A stretch of DNA of 64,000 bases from Paramecium tetraurelia (Eukaryota): contig CT868374.1 in the NCBI GenBank assembly GCA_000165425.1, positions 186,001 through 250,000 on the forward strand, given 5' to 3'. Shown here in pieces: positions 26,557-39,110 of this stretch. Within the stretch, counting starts at the first letter, position 1. Each line of letters starts with the position of its first letter. The notes under the pieces were generated by a model. It made no database searches. It was not told the origin of the DNA and saw only the letters and a list, made by a program, of their open reading frames with translations. The translations under genes were made by a program, and so were the position numbers.

Positions 26557-28956
26557 ATGGAATTACAAAGTACATTAAGATCCTACTTAAGTTCGTTTGA
26601 AACATATTCTTATGTAAGAGATATAAAATTAAGAGTGTTGTATGGTGACAAGTACGAATTTAGTTTGAAAATAGAATGCATATTAAAATAGTTCAATAAT
26701 GCTTGGCTGCTTTTCTTATAGATAAAGAGGAATCACCCATCTTAAGACTCTTGACACTCAAAGTAAGAATCCAACCATAATCTTATGTGTAGTTCAATAA
26801 GGAATTAGCCGAGACATTCAATGAAGATTATATACATCTGATGTAAAAAATCGTTCTCCAAAAAATGGAATAGATTGCTCTATTCCAAAAGGAGTCACAA
26901 GATAGTGACAGAGGGAAATTGTACTTTTTAGGCCAACAGAAACCTCATTAAGGTATGTAGAGTACAAAAGTAGTTAAGGCAACCAAGAATTACAGGCACT
27001 GGGAGATCAATTCTTCAGAGTGACTCTGGAATGTATTCGAATCTGGGGCAGATGGTTTCCCTTAGATAAATAACACCATAGACTCAGTTTATATCGTGTA
27101 GCTTATGAGAGATTATACAAAATCGGAGTTCACTTTCCAGAAATCCAATATTTTGATCTTCATTAAATTCATACCAATTTGCCTTCAACATTCCCTCCTC
27201 TTTCCATGATGTTGCAATTGAAACGAGTAATGAGTGTTCACCTGCACTCGACAACAAAAGAAATCTGCAGATACCTGGAGTCTCATTTGCCTGAAGAGTA
27301 TCATTAAACCCAATATTCATCATTTGCTGAATTATTTTAAACCATAGTCAAAAAACATATACTTAACAAAAATAAATAGGCAAAAATTGCAAACATGTTT
27401 TTTGTAAAAGAATAAAAACTTAATGAAAGCAAATAATAAGAAAGCACTGATGAATGGACTCAACTCTCAAGATTGTAAATAGAAAATCAACAACTTTAAT
27501 GTCTTAATAATATGCATCAATAAAAAATGTAAGAATTGTAATAATAAATTATTCAAACTCAAAATTAAAATTCCCTTTTGCAGCAATAACTCAAAGATAA
27601 GGAATACTTAATTCAAAAATTAGAAACCGAGTACAAGAAAATTGAAAAAAAGTTTGTATCTTTGCTTGAAGAATATAGAAAAACTCATGATTCTAAAAAT
27701 CCTTATATTCTGGCTTAATTTGAAAAAAATGTATAAAATCTAAATAAATTAATTAGTCAGCAGAATTTAAAATTGAGTTTGGCCTCACTTATAGGGAAGT
27801 CGATTGTTTTAAGTTGAGAGCTGAGAATGAATACCTTATCAAACAACTAGATGAACAAGAAGATTTATATCATAAAATAAAACATGAAAAAGAAGTATTA
27901 CTAACAGAAAATAAGGTATTGACTACAAAATTATCCAACTTATCCAAAAGATCAATAAATGGGAATAAAATAGAACTAGAACCTAATCAAGAAATTGAAT
28001 AATTGAAATTTTACAAATAAAAATCGAATCTTGTTCAATATGAATAAACTATGATCTCCTAAAAGAGATAAATAACATAATTAAAAGATCAATTACTTCA
28101 ATTGAATGATAAAAAAAATAGTGTCACAAGTTAAACATGGGGAATCAGTACAAAATCTAATTCCAGAAGAAACATTAATGAATTATAGGCTTGTAATATA
28201 CAATCATTAAAATAACTTGAAATTTAGAAAACTCCTTAGAGATAATCCAAAATTATAATGCCCCCTATTTTAGATTATGATGCAACCATATTTGCTATCA
28301 ATCCTATCATTTTTAATACTAGATTTAGATAAGCTTGTTTTGCATCAAAATCTATTATACATTAAGATGATAAAATATAAATTAACACAAGCACCTAATT
28401 ATCAATAACAACACTATTTGTAACATTAACTATAACAAATAAGTCTTCAAATAAAATAAAAGATTTAAGTCTAAAATTACAAAGTTCAGAGAAGTTGCAA
28501 GTTTAAATTTTAAACGATTTAAATCATATCATGAATCCTGAGGAAAGCCAAGTGTTATAAATTTCTATTGAAATCAAAGACATACCATTTTCAATTTTGG
28601 AAGCATCACTTACATATATGGATAGAACTATTTCATTGGGAATCCCTTGTACAATCAATAAATTTTTGACATTCAATTCTTGTTAATAATTACCAACTTC
28701 TTATTTCTATCAAAGCAAACCTTTTCTAACCGGGTTCTAGAGTTCTATACCTAATCTTCTGTCTGAATTTGAGATAGTTAGTCAATCTGAAAATGAGGTA
28801 TCAGTTTTAGGCTCTGCTGAATATTTGAATGAAGAATACGAGATTATGATATCTTGCAGAAAGTCTATGATGTAAATAAAAATGAATGGTAGATATAATG
28901 ATAAACTTGCTAAGACAATCATATCTACTTACTAAGGATTATTTTTGAAAAGGTGA
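26557..28956 (+). CDS. VHS-like domain + coiled coil + alpha-adaptin appendage (ear) protein
   Basis: N-terminal ILRLLTLK...FFRVTLECIRIWGRWFP...YERLYKIGVHFP; central Q/E/K coiled coil; C-terminal RFRQACFASKSIIHQDDKIQI...LTITNKS...MNPEESQVLQISIEIKDIPF...ISLGIPCTINKFL plus platform-like tail; frame continuous after removing tiny introns. Confidence 0.75.
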
Positions 28957-29189
28957 TATAAATCTATATAAATTATTAAAAATATTAAGTTTTCCTTCAT
29001 CTTCTTTATAAACTTAATATAATGAATGAATACTAAAATAACCGATCACAAAATTTCTTAAGTATATATTAACTATTTATTAATCATATAATAAAAATAC
29101 TGTTTTTTTGTTAATTAGATTATTATAAAGATATTAAAATATTCAAAAACAATTCAATTAATGTGGTTAAACATACAGTTTTAAATGAT

Positions 29190-30608
29190 TCATTTTATTT
29201 CTTATAATTATTTTTCAAATTTAAGAAATTTCAAACATAAATTCAAATGGAATGGATCCTATTCTTGAGGATATAATCTCTTAACCTCCTTAATAACCTA
29301 TTCTAAGGTTGATAATTCTGATGGTAATCTTGATGCAAGTGATAACATATTCATTCCTGCACTAGAATATTCAGGATGTCCTTAAAATACCAAAATTCTT
29401 TCATCTTTAGAAATCATGATTTCATTCTATTAATATTTATTTAAGAGTTACTTTGCAAGACTGGCTGGAAGAGATTAATTATAAAATTTCTGGGTATTTT
29501 GTAATTTCATCACCATGAGCTTGATTTATGATAGTTCTTTCTTGTAATTACATTCCTTAAAACAACTTGAATTATTTCATTGCCTCAATATTATGGAATA
29601 GGGGAGTGTTCCCAAAAACAAAATCATTTTACATTGCTTCTACATTCCCTCCCAATGCTACAGTAAGTATTTAAAATCCAAAGCAAATCCCTAGAATCTT
29701 GACCTTTGGATTAGTCTCATAAGACTTTTTTAATATTGCTTTAACATCCTCTATCCACTAGTAATGCTCATACACAGATACTCTATTCCCAGGCATAATG
29801 ATTGCATCAGCCCTCTAAATTACATCATCACTTGGATAATGACCTTCAGCAACGTTATATTGATTCCAATTATCATATCTTCTACGAAATATTCCATTGT
29901 AAACAGACACAGTATCCAAAGAAAAGCCTGAACCATCTTAAATTGAATATTATTTGGTTTTGAAATTAAAGTGGAGTATAACTCTACCATCTGTTCTTAA
30001 ATATTCTTTATTTATCAAAGCATTTTACAAATCTATAAACTTATCTTTCTACTCTGGCAAATTCAATGATAAAATTTCTTGTAATTCCAATATATTGACT
30101 TATCTATAAACACTGTATCAAATTTAAATACTTAAAAATTAAGCCCTTTTGTTAATGAATATAATCGAGATCATTTTGCTGTAAGTTTATTATGTAATAA
30201 AAGTTTTCTTCGTTATCATCATTCCATAGAGGACAATTATTAAAATATTGTGTCCAAAGTGGAGTCTAAACATTCCTTTTGTGTCTAAGTAATTACTTTA
30301 ATATTTAATTGAAAGTCTACTTTCTCCTCTTATGAACTTAGACTCCACATATACTTTTCTCTCTCATTGTATTTATGAAAATCAATCAGATCTGAGTATG
30401 CTTTCTTGAAAAAAGAGAATTTCTACAATTCTATGTTCTTCAACTAATCCAAGATTATTTTCGGTCCAGCAATTGATGCACTTAAGAAATCCTCTTTTGT
30501 AATTTCAGTTTGAGGAAGAGAGAATGGTTGTTATGGAGTATTTTGAAATAACAGTACTTGTTGTTATTCATTGGATTGAGTGAGGAATACTAAATAAAGA
30601 GATTTCAT
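29190..30608 (-). CDS. Class I glutamine amidotransferase-like protein with long N-terminal extension
   Basis: AIIMPGNRVSVYEHYQWI, ILGICFGFQIL (nucleophile Cys), QAHGDEI, FQGHPEY (His-x-Glu); frame continuous from ATG 30608 with tiny introns. Confidence 0.85.
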
Positions 30609-30733
30609 TAGTAATTCAATAAATAATACTAAAGTGTGTCAAATAAGTAATAAGAAATTAAAATGTTTGTTATTAACAGTTTATATAAAATTGGTATCGA
30701 GTATTGATAATGCTATAAATTAATTTAATTGAA

Positions 30734-31763
30734 ATGCATAAGAAAATTGAAATAAGATTGTGCTCGATTTCATATTTCTATAATGTCCAATAATAAAATA
30801 ATTATCTTTTATATGATTTTTCTCTTCCAGAAAAGTAATCGAAAATACATATTTTTAGTAACAAATAATGCAAGGCAATTAAAGTTGATTCAAATAAACT
30901 AAAAGATGCCACTAAAATAGATTAAGCTCTCGAAACTACGTATATCTCTTAATCTTATTTAAGACCAGAACAAATTAAACTATTGGAAAAGAAGAGAAGA
31001 GCCTATAATTTTATACTTCCATTTAAATAATCCAATTGCATCACATCCCATTTGTCATAATTGCTGACATAATCTGATGGTCTCTCCCTAAATTTAGACT
31101 CTGATAATTTCTTTGATATTCTACTAGAATACAAAGACTTAGAAAAGCTTATTAATAGTGATAACATTGTGGAAAATTTGAAAATATTTCATCTCCTATT
31201 ATTAAAGGAATTAGTGAGAGAAATATATATTATATGTGAATCATAAGAAAATTTAGTTTCTCGTTTTCCTTTTTGTTATTAGAGCTTTGACTTCAATTTC
31301 CCAAACGAGATAATTGAAAATTAACTTTACTTAGGTAATAGCAATCATGCCAACAATCTCAAAGCTTTAAATCTATTAGGAATCACCCATATTGTTAATT
31401 GTGCCCAAGAAATACCAAATTATTTCAGTGATGTTTTGTAGGAAAATAAGAAATTCCTTGAATATTTTCAGGTTCCTGTTTTGGATTTGGAGGAAGAACC
31501 CATATCTGATCATTTTGATGAGGCTTACATTTTTATTAATGAAGCCTTGAGTCAATAACAAAATAAAGTATAAAAAGAGTTCTATATTCTTAAAGGTTCT
31601 CGTTCATTGTGCCTAAGGAAAAAGCAGGTCGGCCACAATTGTCATAATGTTCTTGATGAGAAATAAGTAATGGACTTTTGATTACTCTTATGAATATGCC
31701 AAGAAAAGAAGAGAAACTATATCCATAAACGATGGATTTCAATTCTAATTATTGCAGATTTGA
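30734..31763 (+). CDS. Dual-specificity protein phosphatase, MKP-like with possible rhodanese N-terminus
   Basis: FPNEIIENQLYLGN...GITHIVNCA...VPVLDLEEEPISDHFDEAYIFINEA...VLVHCAQGKSRSATIVIMFLM...ISINDGF. Confidence 0.92.
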
Positions 31764-31819
31764 ATTATCTATAGGATTATCTCAATATATATTTTTAAGT
31801 CTATGAGATTATATAATAA

Positions 31820-33626
31820 TCAACCAATTAATTTGCTAATCAAATTTTAGTACAGAAAACTGACAGCGCTAAATTTCTTAATTTCATCCATTTATTTGTT
31901 CTTTTTACTATTTTCTTGGTTTTTATGAGTTAACTAAATTATATTGAAAATATACCAAAATTTTATTCTTTTATTCCATCTTTTAATGACTACTCCCAAC
32001 AAATTATTGAATCCTCTCTTGTAAGTTTAATTCAAACTTTTATTATAATCTAATTTCAATCTATTGATCCAATGGCAATTTGTATTTGCTCATATTTTCA
32101 GCTTGACTAGACTTTTTGCTTTTGATAATTCCAAGATCATCAACCACAAATGGATTAGCCTTATACTTGGCATCATGATAAATGTCCTTGGGATGAATTT
32201 TCTTATTGTTTAAATAGTCAAAACATTTACTTTCAGTCTTAACTAATATTCAATATTCTAATTTACATGAATGTTTTGGAGTATATACTTAAAAATCAAA
32301 CTCTTATTACGACAATATGTCTTTAAGTAATCTCATTCCATTGATTTTGAGACAAGATAATTCACAGTTCTCACTAGAAATTGACATTTTTCTTGATTCT
32401 TCAGTACTTAAATGGACTCTAGGTGACGAAGAAAGATCATTTAGATTCATTAAGTTCTCCTAACATTATTTGATGTCAATGGGAATCTAAAAATTCATTT
32501 TACTCAGCAAGGCATTGTTGACAGTTTCTGCATAATTTCTAGAAAAGTGTTTATTCAAATATATTTTCAAGGTATCACAACTCAATTTCCTCAAAGGAGA
32601 GTCTTCTATTTCAAAATCATAGGTGATACTCCTTTCATGATAAAAGGATGCCTAAATTAATAATAATTTATGATACTTTTTCTATATTCCCCATATAAAA
32701 ATAACAAATACCCATTTTTTGATAAACCAAATTCTCGATTTCCAAATTGTTATTTAGCCAAGCATATTGTATGCACTTCTTTAAGAACTTGATTGCAATT
32801 TCATAAGATTCATATGTAACAGCACAATTTGATAATCCAATAAAGGCTTTCATCTTTTAAGTGTCATATTATTATTTCGAATGATTACACAGCAATCTTG
32901 TTTAATTATACAAATGAATTGACAGTTCAACCAAACCGCAATTCTCTAAAACTTAAGAACAGAATAATAGCACTTCCACAACAACCAAACTAATTTAAGT
33001 ACCAATAGCCATTTCGATGAAATCCTGCACCAAATCAATAGTCTATTAGGTTGATTTGAATTTAATCAGATCAATTAATTATTTTTCCTTACTCAATAAG
33101 AACCGAAGGAACTTTTGAAGTAAGGGATTCTTAATAGCCTTGATTTTGAGCAGAAAGACTTGTTGTCGAATAGCTGGATCATATTTCATTTTTCTCCTAA
33201 CCTCCACAGTTTACATGTTATCAGAAGTCACAACCAACTTCTGGGAACTCTTAGAAATGCTATGGTTTAACAGTTTATATACATATTCATGTTGCTTTGA
33301 ACCTTGATGGGCTAATTATTGTAAAAGTAATTTTGCATTTTGACATCGGTTTCACTTCTAGGATCAATTCTGATCCTGAGATTAGTTACTTTACTCAAAT
33401 TGCCTTCCGAAACTTAAGTCTTCAATACTTCATCCTCTCTCGTTGAAAAGTTGGTTTTATATTATGTGTGCATAGTTGTGCCAGTTTGTACTCGATCCAT
33501 AGGAGCAATCGATGTTCTGCATTGTGGAGTCTCACATTGAAACTTGAATTGCACTGCACTCTTTAATCTAGTAATCGATTGAGGTGTTTGACGAGACTTA
33601 AGAGCAGAATTGATTTACCTTTTCAT
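31820..33626 (-). CDS. TPR-containing protein
   Basis: Low-complexity N-terminus then MKAFIGLSNCAVTYESYEIAIKFLKKCIQYAW...VYQKMGICYFYMGNIEK (TPR pattern); TGA at 31820. Confidence 0.75.
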
Positions 33627-33641
33627 TTTTATTTATAATAA

Positions 33642-36020
33642 TCATTTCAATAAGTCAAACAAATCAATTACTTTATTGATAATCTTGGTTTTGAATCTAT
33701 CTTGTTAAATCAAGGTTCTTAATGTTCTAATTTCAGTTTGGAGAGGTTTATCAATTATGATTAATTCTTTTCCTATTTTGGAAGTTAAGAACTGATCTAA
33801 AATTTTGAATTGAGTTCTAAAATACTCACCTATGACTTCCTCATTTTATTGATTAGATTCCCTTAAATTATTTTGGAGACTAATAATAATTTAGCGCATT
33901 TGCTTTTAAAAAATTGCTAATTATCTTTTTTATTGATAGTTATCATATTTAAATATCGAATTTCTATTTTCAATCATTCGAATATTATTAGGAGAATAAT
34001 TATGCTATTTCAAATTCTACCTATTCCCTCTAGTTAATTTATGTTCTAATCTTGATGTATAAATTTCATCCATATTCTTTTTAGTAACCAACTTACTCCC
34101 ATTATTATTGATGATATCCTTGTTATAATGAATCACAGATATCTCATCATCTGGAATGCATTCAGTTATATTAGATAAGATATCGTAAAAGGATTTCTTG
34201 AAATTTATAGTTCCACTTCTTAAACTTTGAAATTTAGGAGTCCAACTGTTCAATTACTTTAAATTCTCCGATACTTAACCAGGTGCATTATCACTAATAT
34301 TACTCATTTAATCATCATCAAAAGAACCATTCTCATCACTCACATTCAATTTACCAACTGCTTCTACTTGAGGAGAAACATTTAAAATCCCATCATTATC
34401 TTCATTCAAATTGCCATCTTAATGAATGAGTGAATTTCTAATTTAAATCTATTATTATTTCTTGAGTATTTTATACAAAAAAACATTACGAATCTTTGGT
34501 AAGAAACAAAGCATCAACGTTTAGTAAGTAATTGGAACAAGTTAGAAATCAACTAAAAACTATTGAATCATCAAACTTTTGGTTATAATTGATTTATCCA
34601 ATAAGGATAATTTTGTATGAGGATTTATGCTGCAAAAATTGAATAGATTTTAATCATTAAATTGTCTAATCTACGATGTATTCCATTCACTACAAAACTG
34701 CAATGTTAGAAAGTTGTTTTTTTCTATTAGAATTTCCAAACAAGTTTAACCTTTCAAATTTTAATGATTTACATCAAATGGTTGTTGCAATAGAACTTAA
34801 TAAAACTATTTTACTCTTTTATGATCACCATATGAACTTATGATATGCAATGGAGTATCCTTAAAAATATCTTATTAAGCAGGGTTTGCTCCTAAATCTA
34901 TTAAATCTTAGAGCAATTCCACTTGACATTGCTAGGCTACAATGTGCAAATTCGAGGATTGCAATCCACCTCCCAAATTCACATTCACATTGAATTTCAG
35001 TATCACAGAAACCAAACGGTAATATTTTTTTTCGATTGCCAGACTTAATGGTGTGTGTCCTTTGAGATCGACTTAATTAGCCAAGTCCAAATGATGATTT
35101 AATAGGAAATCTAAAATCCCAATTTCGTCATAAACCACTGCTAAATGCATGAGATTCTAAATGTATTGTCCATAAAGATACTTGTTTGTAATCATTCATG
35201 TAATTCAATTAAGTCTCAATCTCAAGTGAATGGTAATTCAGCTACTCCTTGATTTGGGTGAGGAGTTGTTCGTTTTGAGAATCTATTGAGAGGTAAGGTT
35301 TTTTGTACTTATGCTATCATTCAGGAGGTCACCCTAAGTAACAATAACTGCATTGCTGATTGATTTATAATTCATTATGTATTATTCAAATGTTAATTCA
35401 TTAGACATCGCTTCCATCAAAGTGAAAAACACTTTCAACTTCTAATCCTCTAATAAAAAATCAAATTAAGATTAACAAAATATGCCCCAACCCAATCCCA
35501 GCACTTCCAAAGTAGAGCTCAAATCCACAATTTGTTTAGTAATATTAGTAAAGTAATTTTATTATATATACAGTTTCTTCAATTGCAGTTTGCATATGGA
35601 AGGATCAATTTATTTCAAGAGATTCCTTGCTATATTAAGAGTAGACAACTTAGGAGCATCGCCTTATTGAATAGGGCCAAAGGTTTGCAATTAATTATCT
35701 TCCAATGATAGATGTTATAGAAATGGAGTCTTTTTTAAAATATTTGTGTCAAATTCTTTTAGCCTGTTTTCATTTAAAATCAGATGTAAAAGACCATTCC
35801 ACATCATTCCATCCTTCGATGATAAACGATAAATTACATTAAAAATGGTTAATCCTTATCTTGAATAATCCAAAACTAATCGTTACTAATCATTATCAGA
35901 TTTGGTTTATTTGGTTACTTAGAAACTGCGTTAAGTAGCAAATTTCACCGAGATCGGACTTCGTTATCTCTTATTTTTGCCTGACTGCATAGATAGGCAT
36001 TATTCAAAACATTCATTCAT
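33642..36020 (-). CDS. Leucine-rich-repeat plus ankyrin-repeat protein
   Basis: LRRs LLHLILNENRLKEF, LQHLSLEDNQLQTF, LSTLNIARNLL run in frame into ankyrins NLMHLAVVYDEIGILDFLL, GHTPLSLAIEKKY, DTPLHIISSYG. Confidence 0.78.
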
Positions 36021-36281
36021 TATATATAATATTAAAAATAAATCACTCTTTCAACATGCATTTTAGTATAAATTTATTAGAACCATAAGCTAACCCCATT
36101 TTCTGGACATCCATATACATCAAATTGATTTCATCTAATTATTTTAATGGAATATAATAACTAATTTGCTTGAGTTATATTTTCAAAATTTTATTATTTT
36201 CCTTTCTAATAGATCTTGATAGATAGAAAGAGTGAAAATAAAAATATCTCACGTTTATAATTACTAATTATATAAAATTTA

Positions 36282-36808
36282 TCATTCCTTTGCTATTTAG
36301 GAAATTGGTTGTTTATTTTAATTCTTTGTTTCGATCTCAACCATTAATATATCTCCAATTTTGAAACCATGGTCTCTTAGATCAGAACTTTCATCTTTTC
36401 CTGACTTCACAGAATGTACTGTGCCTAAATCCTTTTTCTTTTGCACTCCATGTTGATCCAAGTAGACATTGCTAACCTTAAATACAATATCTCTTCTGTA
36501 AACTCCATCCAATTGATATTTTAATTGATCCACTATGTCTCTCAATTTTGAACTCAAGCTAATATTTTATAATAGTGTTAAGTATTACAATAAATAAAGC
36601 AATATTTCCTAGGTTTAGTTTTTGTTAAAGTCATCTAATGTGATCTATCCATTTTTCCAATGTGTTCTAACTAAAAATGGCACTTGATGCTTAACTTAAT
36701 ACTCAATTTTACTTTGTCTTTATCATTTTGATTCCTGTTATCTCTGAATCGTCCATATCTGCCATGGATTCCATCAACTTTAATTTGGTCTTTTTTATTT
36801 GATGCCAT
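36282..36808 (-). CDS. SAP18: SAP18 (Sin3/HDAC and ASAP complex subunit)
   Basis: VPFLVRTHW...EILLYL/LSSKLRDIVDQL...FKVSNVYLD...KDLGTVHSVKSGKDESSDLRDHGFKIGDILMVEI; two introns. Confidence 0.85.
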
Positions 36809-37142
36809 TCGAGTTTATTATATAAAATATTATATAAATTATTATTAATTTTTTTGGATTGCTATATGTTGATATCTATATAAATATTTCATCGTTTAGA
36901 CATACAATAATCTCTCTTCTTTTCTCAAATATTATTTTTGAATAAACTTTTCATATATATGTAATATTCCACATTATAAATGAGTGCTTATTAAATGATA
37001 ATTTATCCATATATGATTTAAATTTGATAGTATCTCTTCAATAAATGATTGATGGTAATATGGATAGAATTAATAAGCATTAAAATTGATAAAAAACATT
37101 GAGAATTAATTAATACACAAAATTTTAATTATAATAATTTTT

Positions 37143-39066
37143 ATGCCTCCTAAAAGTAGAAGATCAGATTTAATTTCAAATCAGCTCAAGGTAAATATTA
37201 ATATCAATATGAAAAGGAAGAAGGAAATACGGAATTCCTCAATAGAGATTATAACAAAGCGATTAACCTGTATACGAAAGCTCTTTGTAAACTTATTATA
37301 AAAATGATTTTTTAGACCTTGAAGAGAACCCCATCTGTTACAATAATCGTGCTCAAGCTTATCTTTATAATAATGAACTAGAATTGGCCTTGTAGGATTG
37401 TAATAAAGCTTTGCAATTAAATCCAAATTATGTCAAAGCCACCACCAATAAAGCTCAAGTGCTCTATTAAATGGGTTATCTTTAAGTATGCCTCTGAACT
37501 TATTCTTAGTAAGCAATTGAATGCTTGTAAGGTATAAATAATCACAGTCCAGAAAGTCAAATATTACTCAACTAATATTAATCACAATCTCTAAAAGTAA
37601 AACTGATATCACATCAAGACTTTATTAGATTAAGGAGAATTAGAACGTTAGAAGACATTATTAGAATGGTTAAAACATGGAAAAGCCCAATTTCCAAAAA
37701 TAAAAATTGAATGCTATTCAGAGTCTTATCGCGGGGTTAATGCTAAACAAAAAATAAATGCGAAAGAGCTGATCCTCTTCATTCCCAAATCTCACATGAT
37801 AACATTGGAAATGGCTAAGGAAACCCCTGTGGCTAAAAAAATGATATAATTCAGACTAGATTTACTTTCACCAAAACATTCATTTCTCTCCACCTTTTTA
37901 CTGCAAGAGAAATCCAGACCCAATTCTTTCTGGAAACCTTATCTAGATATCTTACCATAATCCTACCCGTCATTTCCCATTTTCTTTAACAATTATGACT
38001 TAGAGTGGCTTCAAGGCTCACCCTTTTTAAGTACTTGTTAATTCCATATAAATTAGAGTAAATCAACGACAAGCTCTCTGATCTTAAGAAGGATTATAAT
38101 GACATCTGTAATGTTGCTCCAGAATTCTCACAATATTCATTTTATGAATTTTGTTGGGCAAGAATGACAGCTAGTAGCAGAATATTTGGTATAAACATTA
38201 AGGGTGTTAAAACAGATGCATTTGTACCATTAGCAGATATGCTTAATCATAAAAGACCTAAATTAACTTCTTGGTGTTACTCAGAGGAAAAACAAGGATT
38301 TATTATAGAAACGGATGAAAAAATTGATAGAGGTCAAATGATATTCGATAGTTATGGGAGGAAATGCAACTCAAGATTTCTATTAAATTATGGCTTTGTA
38401 GTTGATGACAATGATGCAAATGAAGTTAATGTTACTGTCGCAGCTGAATTTAATGATCCTCTCATATAATTAAAAGAAGATGCTACTGAGGAATAATTGA
38501 AATAGCCTAAAACATTTCGGTTGATAATGGACACAGATGGTATTAATGAAATTACACATTTTCTAGAAGCAACAGTTATGGAATTCATGAGTTATATCAG
38601 ATTTTTAGTGATTCGAGATCAAACTCAACTTTAATTTCTATTAAATGAAAGAGAGTCCAAATATATTAAGCCTACTAAAATATAGCCTTTGGGAATACAT
38701 AATGAATTAGATATGTGGGATTTGATAAGGCGAATCTGTTATGTGTCTCTATCACGTTATCCAACTACATTAGAAGTGAGTCTTTTTATAAATTACTTAG
38801 CAAGACAAAGAAATACTGTAGATTTGTGATTTGACTACAAATTAAAGAAATTGTTTGATTCTCAGGATGGGAGAAAAAGAAATACTCAAATTCTACTACC
38901 AGTTCAGTGAAAAAATGAAATAGCTTTTAAGTAATTTTAATTAATTAGTATTTTATTAATCAAAATAAATTAGGAAACTAATATATTCTGCTCGAAAGAA
39001 GAAAACTGCAAATACTTAAACTATATAAATAAAGTTATTATGTTTCAAAATTAAAATGATCAATGA
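37143..39066 (+). CDS. TPR + SET-domain methyltransferase (Rubisco-LSMT/SETD3-like)
   Basis: N-terminal TPRs (KGNTEFLNRDYNKAINLYTKAL); SET motifs YRGVNA, SFWKPYLDILP, FCWARMTASSRIF, FVPLADMLNH, FDSYGRKCNSRFLLNYGF; LSMT C-terminal YPTTLE. Confidence 0.9.
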
Positions 39067-39110
39067 AATTATTAATGTTAAATAAATTATTGTAAAACTT
39101 AAATATTAAA

